A program made the translations under genes and the position numbers. A DNA stretch of 64,000 nucleotides, taken from positions 1,612,001-1,676,000 of the forward strand of contig OZ287071.1 of the NCBI GenBank assembly GCA_965645245.1. Reading direction: 5' to 3'. Numbering within the stretch: position 1 is the stretch's first letter; every line of letters starts with the position of its first letter. The notes beneath the pieces were generated by a model. It was given only the letters and a program-made list of their open reading frames with translations, was not told where the DNA came from and searched no databases. Shown here one piece after another: positions 52,080 to 60,881 of this stretch. The stretch is from Massalongia carnosa. Lineage: Eukaryota.

Positions 52080-52640
52080 AGAGAACCCAGAGCCCACCCC
52101 CCCTTTACCTACCTACCTACCTAGGTAGATAGATAAATATATATAACCCCCCCCCCCCCCCCCCCCCCAAAAACCAAGAAAAACCGAAGAGAAAGAAAAA
52201 AGAAAAGAAAAAAGATATAGTATCTCTGTTGCTAACTGCTTCTCTTTTCTCCAGATCAGATATACCGAACTGGAACTGGAACTGGAATGGAGAGAGTAAG
52301 AAAGAAAGCAGATCCAGATTCTGGCTTGTTTTAGGGGTTTGGTTATTTGGATGATGACCATGATAATAGTAATAATAAGAGAAAAAAAGGGGGGGGGGGA
52401 TTGTAAATTCTCTCTTTCCCCCCCCCCCCCCCCCCAAATAAGGACAGTTGGGTGATGGTAAAGTACGTTTTTCGCGTTGAAATGGGACGCCCCGAACTGA
52501 AAAACACTCGAACCGGAAAACAGTGGAGAGAGTAGGGGGGAGGCAGTGGAGAAAAATACGATTGCGATGGGGTGATGACATTTAGGGGGTTTTGGACCTT
52601 TGACTTTGCTTTTGCTTTGGTTCGGTTCGATTCGGTTCGT
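52080..52640. repeat. Low-complexity region: long C/G homopolymers and short tandem motifs (TACC, GAACTG, TTCGG)
   Basis: C run at about 52147-52168, G and C runs at 52389-52436, (GGAACT)n at about 52267-52287. Confidence 0.8.
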
Positions 52641-52852
52641 TCCGGTTTTGTATGGAACAGGAGGAAGCCCTAGCGACGAATTCTTTGACACAGCGGTAAA
52701 ATACATACAAGCTTAAGCTTTCCATCGTAACGCATAAAACGTCTTTGTAACAACCGTAAATCGTCGAATCTGAAGAAAAGAGAGCTAAACCATACACGAA
52801 TCACAAATCCATTCGAATGGCTCAGGGGCAACATCGATGCCTATCCTCGGAC

Positions 52853-54481
52853 TTACTCCAGAACCTGAATCACAGGCTTCGCGCCCGCCTTGGTTTGCCG
52901 GCCCAGAAGTCGTGCCATGAATTCCTTGCCTGGGCTGACTGGTTGAGGATCTAGCGGAGAAGCCTTCTTGGGGGTCGTTGCAGGAGCAAGAACGAGGGAG
53001 CTGCTCCTGCTGCTGGTTTCGCTCGCGGTGTCATCGTCCTGTAGCAGGATGCCCGAACGCTGCTTCTTCTCCTCCAGAACGCCGAGGCCGAGATCCTGAT
53101 TTCGAGAGTCAGTTCCGCTTCCTTCACGCCAAAACCGTCCATCCCAGCGCTGGTCAAGGCAAACAAGACGAAGACGTACCATCTCAATGTAAGCGTCGCC
53201 TTCGACATTCTCGATGTCGCGATCAGCCAATTTCCCCGCCGCTCGCTCCAGCTCGAGGGTCTGGTTTGCGGCGTGAAGGGTTGGGAGAAAAGAGGCCAGG
53301 CGGGATTGAAGGCTGCCGAGGTTTTGGGCGGTCAACGGCGATCGAGGGCCACCGCAGGATGAGGAGTTGGAGGAGGGAAAACCTGAAAACTCGGATTCTG
53401 GAACTCCAGGAGATTCGGGGGAAGCGGTGCTGGAGGTGGTGGATCCAGAGGTGGAGGTTGCGTCGCTATCGCTGAGAAAGGAGCGGTGGCTAGGTCGGGA
53501 TGTTGGACTCACGGTAGTCGATCTGGTGTGTGTGGAAAGCCTGGAGCTTGTTGGGGAGGATGTCGAGTGAAGTAATCGCTCACTGCGCAGGGATGTGCTT
53601 AAGGAGCTTCCAGAACCGTTATCTGGAGAAGCGGGTTGGTGAGACGAGGATTCGGTGCTTGCGGTAGATTTCGAGCGGCTGCAAGAGGTTTGATCATCCG
53701 CGGTTTCCCAGCGATTAACGTCGACATGATCAGATTGGAAGATCGATCGGGCTGGAGAGGTCGGCGAGAGTATGCGATCCTCGGTTTTCGAGCGGCCTGA
53801 AGAGGTTGGTAAGTTGGTGTGGGAGAAACCGTCGTACACGCTCTCTGAACGAGATGGAGAACTTGGAGAGGTCGGGCTCCACCTGCGGTCCGAGTGGCCT
53901 GGGAAACCCGGTAAGATGTCATAGGAGAAGTCCGGACGAGGTGGAGAGATTCGAGGAGTTGGGTCATACTCGATTTCCGAGTGGACTGAATCGGTTGGGG
54001 AAAAGGTGAAATGTGTGAGAGATGGGGACGCTATGTTGCCATAGGCCAATTCCGAGCGGTTTAGCGGGGTTTGGTAGCCATATGTCGGTTCTGCGCTTTT
54101 GGAGGTTCTGCAGAAGCTTGAGGGGCTCTTGCACCAAGACCAACAATCTCGGTCTGTTGAGGGTTCCATGCTATGGCTGCGAACCAAACCCAGGTCCTCG
54201 TCTCCGTTCTTGGTGTGGGTAGCCGGGCAAATGGAGCGCAAGGAGCACCGGGAGGAGAGGAGGCGTTGAAAAGACTGGGAGATCCCATCAGAGCCATGTT
54301 CAATAGGAGCGCCCGAGCTAGATTCAGATTGGGAGGATATAGCTTCGAACACCAGTTGAAGGCATCCTCGCTTGTCTCGACGCACATAATGCCCTTCGAT
54401 TCTGGATCTCTTGGGTTGAACGTTGGAAGGCTGGATTGGCGAGGCTGATAGAGCCCGCTTTCGGCTTACATTCATTGCCAT
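52853..54481 (-). CDS. DUF4598/NOPCHAP1-domain protein with long Ser-rich N-terminus
   Basis: LQSRLASFLPTLHAANQTLE...DIENVEGDAYIEM|DLGLGVLEEK, interrupted by an in-frame intron at about 53179-53097. Confidence 0.75.
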   Translation of the reverse strand: MAMNVSRKRALSASPIQPSNVQPKRSRIEGHYVRRDKRGCLQLVFEAISSQSESSSGAPIEHGSDGISQSFQRLLSSRCSLRSICPATHTKNGDEDLGLVRSHSMEPSTDRDCWSWCKSPSSFCRTSKSAEPTYGYQTPLNRSELAYGNIASPSLTHFTFSPTDSVHSEIEYDPTPRISPPRPDFSYDILPGFPGHSDRRWSPTSPSSPSRSESVYDGFSHTNLPTSSGRSKTEDRILSPTSPARSIFQSDHVDVNRWETADDQTSCSRSKSTASTESSSHQPASPDNGSGSSLSTSLRSERLLHSTSSPTSSRLSTHTRSTTVSPTSRPSHRSFLSDSDATSTSGSTTSSTASPESPGVPESEFSGFPSSNSSSCGGPRSPLTAQNLGSLQSRLASFLPTLHAANQTLELERAAGKLADRDIENVEGDAYIEMVRLRLVCLDQRWDGRFWREGSGTDSRNQDLGLGVLEEKKQRSGILLQDDDTASETSSRSSSLVLAPATTPKKASPLDPQPVSPGKEFMARLLGRQTKAGAKPVIQVLE

Positions 54482-54833
54482 CAGAGATATGTGGGTTGTT
54501 CAGGGAAGACTTGGTCGACGCATGCGGGCTTCAGAGGCGGGAGAGTGATGAAGTATGAATGTTTGCAGTGCGCTGTGGGGGGATGTGGATGATCCAGATG
54601 TTCAATGGTGAATAGAAGTATCGAGTAAGCGGTTGTTTGCTTGCAGAATTACTCCGCGTATCAAACGAAGAGAAAAGAAAGACAATTGATGAAGGGAAAG
54701 GCAAACAATCAATCGCGCGTGTGATTGGTGAAGCTTTCCTCGCTTATGAACGGGCTAATCACAGTGTGTCGACTTGCTGATTCACGGACCAATGATGCTG
54801 CTTTGTTCATTGAAGTTTGTTCATTTTAATTTA

Positions 54834-54880
54834 ACAAATGCAAAATGCCAAATGCAAAATGCCAAATGCAAAATGCAAAA
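54834..54880. repeat. Tandem 7-mer (C/A)AAATGC, about 6 copies
   Basis: caaatgcaaaatgccaaatgcaaaatgccaaatgcaaaatgc. Confidence 0.85.
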
Positions 54881-54988
54881 CACGAGTTACCTCTCACTAG
54901 CCTCCACTCCACTTGTAGTCTAGCGTCTGCAGGGTCCATGATTCATGATTCAACTTAGCGTCGGTATGTCGGCGTATTGATATGTCGA

Positions 54989-55043
54989 GCATATCGGCAG
55001 CATATCGGGCATATCGGGCATATCGGGCATATCGGGTATGTCG
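54989..55043. repeat. Tandem 9-mer GCATATCGG, about 5 copies
   Basis: gcatatcggcagcatatcgggcatatcgggcatatcgggcatatcggg. Confidence 0.85.
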
Positions 55044-56106
55044 CTTATATCGCTTCGAGTTACCTCGACGCTAATCCAGGGCTAGCCACCTGCGTCGATT
55101 TGCCGTTTGCATTGCACAACGTATCAATTTATGCTAGTAATGTTTTCAGATTTGTGGGGAATGAGGCTAATAACTCTAAAACTCCCCCAACTCTCAAAAT
55201 ATCTCCGCTGACGACGACTCTTCCTCTCTCTTCTCGATACCACCCTCCCCTGAGCTAATACAAAGAAGAATTCAGCGATCAACTCCGGTGGTTCGCACGC
55301 ATCGTTCACATCTCACAAGTCAGTCGTGACCCAGCAATACTTGATTGAATTCAGGCCGTGTGAAATATCTATTCAATCCTGCCTGGGCAATCCCTGAAAT
55401 CACTCGTCTCAGCATCAGACCTGGACTGTATGGTTTCACCTATCAAGCTGACGTCAGATCTTGTTCTTAATAGTTTCCAGCGTTTGGCAGGGAAACGCTT
55501 GTGCACGAAGCAGTTGTCGCCGCTGCTTCAGGGTATCAGTCGCCGATTCTACCGTTGGTCCTGATTTACCCGGACGACTCAAAGCTTACTCGATACCTGA
55601 CAGGGCACAGGAAGCGTCAAAAGGAGGTATGTGAATGGATAAATGCTTTGGTGTTACATGGACCCGATTCCTTGAAGCCTCGTCTTCCATTGTCCTGGGT
55701 TTGCAACGGACTGAAAACCCCCAAGCAATATGGAACGTGTTGAATCCTTGCTGTGGTAATTCATCAGTCTCGCTGTTGATCCATGCCTGAAACAAGCAAC
55801 AACAATGTCGTCGTAAGGCATTTGTTTCAATATTCCCTATCGATGACGATTGGTTTTTTTTTTCCGAAAAGCCGATGAGACTTAACAACTGGAGACGTTT
55901 TCACCTATTGCTGAATCGATTCTCCACTAGTCACGCGTATTTATATACTATATACACTAGCCAACGTCACAAATACCTATATAAAGGCCTCCTCCCTCCC
56001 GTACACTCTCTCATTCTACACATACCTCCGCTCTACACACCATCGAGCTTCCAGTTTTTCTCAATCACCACTCTATCATCCACATTGGTTTTCTCCATTT
56101 ATTGCC

Positions 56107-57088
56107 ATGGCTGACATTCTTTCTTCCCTTGAGTTAGGTGCGGCTGGCCGCCCTACTCTCACATCCTTGATCGAAAAAACGGCCTGCCACCCACGCGCAG
56201 AAGGGAGAAACACTCCCACCATGACGGCTTCATCGCGACCAGCCGTGCAAGTCAACGGCTTGCCATCAGGTTCCGAAGACTCGCCTGTCGCGACCCCCGC
56301 CTCGGAGCGCGATGCGCTCAAACTCAACATGCTGCGCCGCATCCGACCCCCACCGTTCAAGTACGCGTGGGCCTTCTATCACGACAAGCATTCCGCCTCG
56401 GCGGACTATGAAGGCCGCCTCACGGTGATGTTGGAGAACATCATCACCATCAAGCCGTTCTGGGAAGTCTTCAATCAGTTCCCGCTCGAGGCCTTGAAGA
56501 TGAAGGACTCGGTGCACTTCTTCAAGCGGGGTGTCAAGCCCGTGTGGGAGGATCCCCGCAACATCACCGGCGGTTCGTGGACCTTTCGCGTGCCCAAGGC
56601 GCAGAGCGGCGAGTTTTGGAAGGAAACGCTGTTGTTGGCCGTAGGGGAGCAGTTTGCGGATGTGATTCAACCCCGTGAGTGCTCTTGACCGTATTTGCCA
56701 CACCATTCACCCTGACCGCGTCACAGGCGACGATCTCTGCGGCGTCTCCCTCTCGGTGCGCTTCAACTCGAACCTCATCACGATCTGGAACCGTGACGGC
56801 ACGAACCAAAAGTCCATCGACGGCATCCTAGCCGTCATGTTCGACAAGATCAGTCCCAGCCTAACGCCAAAGGAGGGCTCGTGGTACTACAAGAAGCACT
56901 CGGAGCACGCCGGCTTCAACGAAGTGGTCGCCCGGGCCCGGGAGGCAAGGCTCGCGAAGGAGGCGGCCGACGCGGAAGTTGTCGACGACGGCAAGATTGT
57001 GGAGGCCGAGGTCAAGGAGGACGAGGGGAACCAGGCGCTTTTGCAGGAGGCGCAGGGGGTGGAGATTGAGGATCTTGTCCCGAAGTAA
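56107..57088 (+). CDS. eIF4E-family cap-binding protein, class II (4EHP-like)
   Basis: WAFYHDK..DYEGRL, FWEVF, HFFKRGVKPVWEDPRN..GGSW, FWKETLLLAVGEQF|DDLCGVSLSVR..ITIWNRD; intron 56675-56726; the start could be 56221. Confidence 0.88.
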
Positions 57089-57288
57089 AGGATGGGTTGT
57101 TTTCGCAGACGCTTCGCAGAGGAACGGTTCCCGCGGTGTGCGTTTGGGGTTGGGTTTCATTGCAGGCGGTGACTTTATGAATGACGATTTCACTCCGCTT
57201 CTATGGACCAACCCCCCCCGTTGCCGTCAACCTAACCCAATACGATCCTCCTCCCAGGCCCCCTCCCCTAATCGCATCCCTCCCCAAA

Positions 57289-58153
57289 TCACCGAAAAAC
57301 CCCCGCCCTCCTCATCACCCCCTCAAACTCCCCCAATCCCACCCCGCTCCCCACCCCGTCCCCCCCATTCGCCTCCAAGATCATATCCCTCAACAGCCCC
57401 TCCTCCCCCTCCTCCCCCAACCCCCTCGCCACCTTCCGCAACCCCGCCATCGTGATCCTCTTCTCCCCGTCCCCACTCTCTTCCTCCCCCGCATCCAGAA
57501 ACAGCCGAAACGCCTCCTCCACCTCCCCCTCGTCCGCACCCCCCCGTCCTCGTCGTCGCTGCTGCTCCAGTACCAGCGCCGCCACCGCCACGAAATCCCC
57601 GTACGCCACCGCGCCCGTGCCCGTCGGGTCCACCGCCTCCGTTAGCGACCGCAGCTCCCGCGCCGAGGAGGGGGCGCACCCGAGCGCGGCCAGAGCCCGC
57701 CGGAGGGACGACGTTGGGAGGTGCTGTTGTTTGGATTCTGACGGTTGGGGGGGAGTGGGGGCGAGTTGGTCGTCGGTGGCGGTATTGTGGTGTTTCCGTT
57801 TCCGCGACGGTCGGGAAGAGGGGCCGGTAGCGGTAGGGGAAGAGGGGGAGGAGGGCGAATGGAGCGCGAAGAGGGTGAATGCGGCGAGGATCTCGGCTTC
57901 TGTCGAGGCGGATATGCGGTTTTGGAGGGCGAGCGCGGAGGGGGGTGGTTGGGTTGATGGTGCTGATGATGATGGTGGTGGTAGTGGTGGTTGGGGTGGG
58001 GCGCCGGCGGGGCACCGGCGTTTGGGGGGCTGTGGAGAGAGGGGGGGAGGGGTTAGGGAGGGGCTTTTTTTAGTTTGTTTTTTTTGGGCATCCGCGAGGG
58101 GAGAGGGGGGGGGGAGTACGGGAGGAAAGATAGTTGGTTAAGTTACATACCAT
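57289..58153 (-). CDS. Centrin/calmodulin-like EF-hand protein
   Basis: ATG-only exon 1, intron 58150-58030, then PPKRR..EAEILAAFTLF..LRRALAALG..VDPTGTGAVAYGDFVAVAAL..EVEEAFRLF..MILEANGG..EFEGVMRRAG. Confidence 0.85.
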
Positions 58154-58279
58154 TGACTGACTAATTGATTGATTGATTGATTAATTGATTGGTTGGTTGG
58201 TTGGGTTATTGGGGGGAAGTGAGGAGGAGGAAGTAGGTTAAGGGATGGATGGATGGATGGATGAGGCTGTGTGGGTCAG

Positions 58280-58328
58280 TGAGGCGGTGTATGAGGCGGT
58301 GTGTGTGGCGGTGTATGTGGCGGTGTGT
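58280..58328. repeat. Tandem 12-mer TG(A/T)GGCGGTGT(A/G), 4 copies, upstream of the EF-hand gene
   Basis: tgaggcggtgta tgaggcggtgtg tgtggcggtgta tgtggcggtgtg. Confidence 0.8.
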
Positions 58329-60022
58329 AAGGCCTAGAGTACTCGGTGTATGTATGCATATGCATTGCATTAGCGCAAACCAAAGCTTTTTGCGTGTACG
58401 GGAGTAGTTAGTTTAGCGTGGGAGAGAAGTGGAGGGAACTATGCACTTTTATTTGGATTTGGATTTGAATTTAGATTTTTTATCAATTTGTCTTCTCGAT
58501 CCACATTATTTTAATTTCGTTGAATGTACTTCTTCAATTTATAATTTGTGGAATAAGTTGACTCGTTGTTGAAGCTTTAATGATTGTTTCATTTTGAAAT
58601 GTTTCTCATGAAAGTTCGATGAGCTGAGCGTTGATACGTCGTCATCTAACCCATATTTATGTTGCAATGAGCAATAATCAGAGTATCAATCTTTTCACGT
58701 CGAAATGTCACGTCCATATCGGATCTCTTTCCCATCGGCGGAAAGAAGAGGTTTGGAAGGAACATAGGATGAACTATGAACTTTCGGAACAACCCTACCT
58801 AAAGCCCAATGCCAGAACTATCCTCCTCTTCCCCAAGGCTAGTCAGTTATTCCTTTCTCGAACCACATCCCGAAGCGTAGTTAACCGGACCGATAGCTAG
58901 GAAAAAAGGGTTGCGGAAGGAAAGATATTAGGGGGACTGTTTTATGTTTTGTGTGTATAATGAAGAAAAACGACAAGATACATATACACACATAGGCAAA
59001 GAGAGGGAGCAAACCGCAAAGTTATGTTGCTATATTACACACACGAAACATGAAGGAGTTAATTGCGCATGAAAGTGATAAGACAATTCAATCATACATA
59101 TTTGATAAGTTGTCAGTGCGGAAAAAATCACTATTTACACACGCTTCTCGAATTCCTGCTTTTTACGGGGTTGTGCGAAATAAAAATGGAGAACCTGAAT
59201 GCCTAGGGAAATAGATATTAGTTGATTCCGACTCAGAAGCAACTCCAAATGAAACAACTCCGAGATGGGTGTCTTAGCTTTCTCTCCAAAGCCGCTTTCG
59301 TGTGTAGGTACATATTAGGACTAAAGGTTGCCAAAACGCGGCAAGAACACCATACAGGGCGACAGTGGTACAAGTAAAGAGTTTTCGGCTTCAAAAGGAG
59401 TTACAAGGTAGATGGCTCGTGATGTCATCCTGATAAGGATAGAAGCACGGCTCAGCATGTATCCTTCCTATCGGGCCCCGCCTAGCTTGGCTACCCACTA
59501 ATCGTGTTCGCGCGGTAGCTCCATTGGTGGCAAACTCATATGTTGTTCTTAATGCATACATACAGTCTTTTGACTTCGTCTGCAAGGGAAAAGAAGGCGA
59601 TAAGCACTCATCTAAGGCAGGCAAAGTCGATGACTGGACCTTGATGTGCTTTATTAGGGATCCAGAAGCTGTAAGAGTTGAATCGCCTCTGCAGAAACAT
59701 TCTGTTCGCCAACGCTAGGATATAAGAGAGAAAGTCGCTCCCGCTTGCTTCGGGGTTGCTTTTTCCTCGCCGTGAAAGCCCTTGTCCATTCACGGGTTTG
59801 GGAAATTTTGTTAAAGTGACCCGTGAAGCGTACGAGAGACTGGTCTTGTCGTTGCTACATGAATATTCTATGTCGATGTTCGACGAAGCAAAGATATCAC
59901 TCCTGAAGAAAATGTCCTAAAGGTTCAAAAAAGGGTTCACTCGTATTTCTCGAATTTATCTGCCCGTTCTATGACTTCCAAGATATTTCCGGGATTTCAG
60001 TATTCTCCATCCGCGAATCAAA

Positions 60023-60881
60023 ATGAATTACTCTGCCAGCATTACAATCCTACTTCTTTGTGTCTTGGTAGCTTCTGGAGTCGATGGTGCCGTACAGTAT
60101 GAGAGACGACAGAAAGCCTGTTTCGTAGGGCTGAGGATCAAGTAAATATTGTGGTTGCCGCTGACATGCTTTGCGCATATGTAGCCTTCTATTCCATGTT
60201 ATCCTCTTGAACACGGCGGACGATTGACCCAATGGTGCCCCAAGAACTCGCTTCCGGAGAGTAACATATGCAACAACCCCGAATTAGCGGATAGGTACAA
60301 CTGCAACTGCAGCGGCATGCTGATGTGTGGCAACCTTGTAAGTCTGCGCCCTCAACGAGTGACGGCTGTTTGGTTTAGTTTCATTGCTGACAGACCCTCC
60401 TGCTGCCTGAAGCGCTGTTATAACGATCAGAAATGCGCCAAGTGTATGTCTTCGCGCTTCGACAGTTGGGCTGATGCGGCACCAGTATATCGTTGCTCGG
60501 ACGCAGGAGACGTCCCGACAAACTACTGCAACCTCAAGCGCAGAAATCCGGGGAAAAAACCCACGTGCAACTGTGGCGACGAGACGGGGCAGTTGCTTCC
60601 AGATCAAAATCAGAACCTCAAATCCACCAGTGACTTCCTTGCACTCCTCCCTCCTGCAAGTCTAGTTGATCCTCAAAGTTCACAAATGGACGGATTTGGA
60701 AATGCGGTGGACTTTGCATCCACGCCAGTTGACTACTTCACCACTCCTGTGGTTGAAACGATAAACCTAGGGCACGATACGGCCAATTTGGTAGATAATT
60801 ATAATATTTTCACCCTTTTCCGACTCATCTCACTGTTTTGCTTAAAAACGGACCCTAACAAAACCAGTGCAGGGTGATTAA
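60023..60881 (+). CDS. Secreted cysteine-rich protein (effector-like), lineage-specific
   Basis: Signal peptide MNYSASITILLLCVLVASGVDGA, ERR dibasic site, probable introns at about 60125-60184 and 60338-60412, about 14 Cys, acidic low-complexity tail; 3' end uncertain. Confidence 0.65.

Noticed and set aside
52615..52645. tRNA T-loop-like GGTTCGATTC
   Set aside because: It is part of a (TTCGG/TTCGA) pentamer run with no cloverleaf; I recognised no tRNA or rRNA genes in the window.
52113..52797. ORFs of 71-197 aa in the GDA1-DUF4598 gap
   Set aside because: They translate homopolymers and microsatellites (poly-G, poly-F); this is low-complexity intergenic DNA.
54989..55043. CRISPR-like array or a (GHI)n repeat protein
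   Set aside because: The units are contiguous 9-mers without spacers, the context is eukaryotic, and the surrounding ORF starts at a non-ATG codon and looks non-coding.
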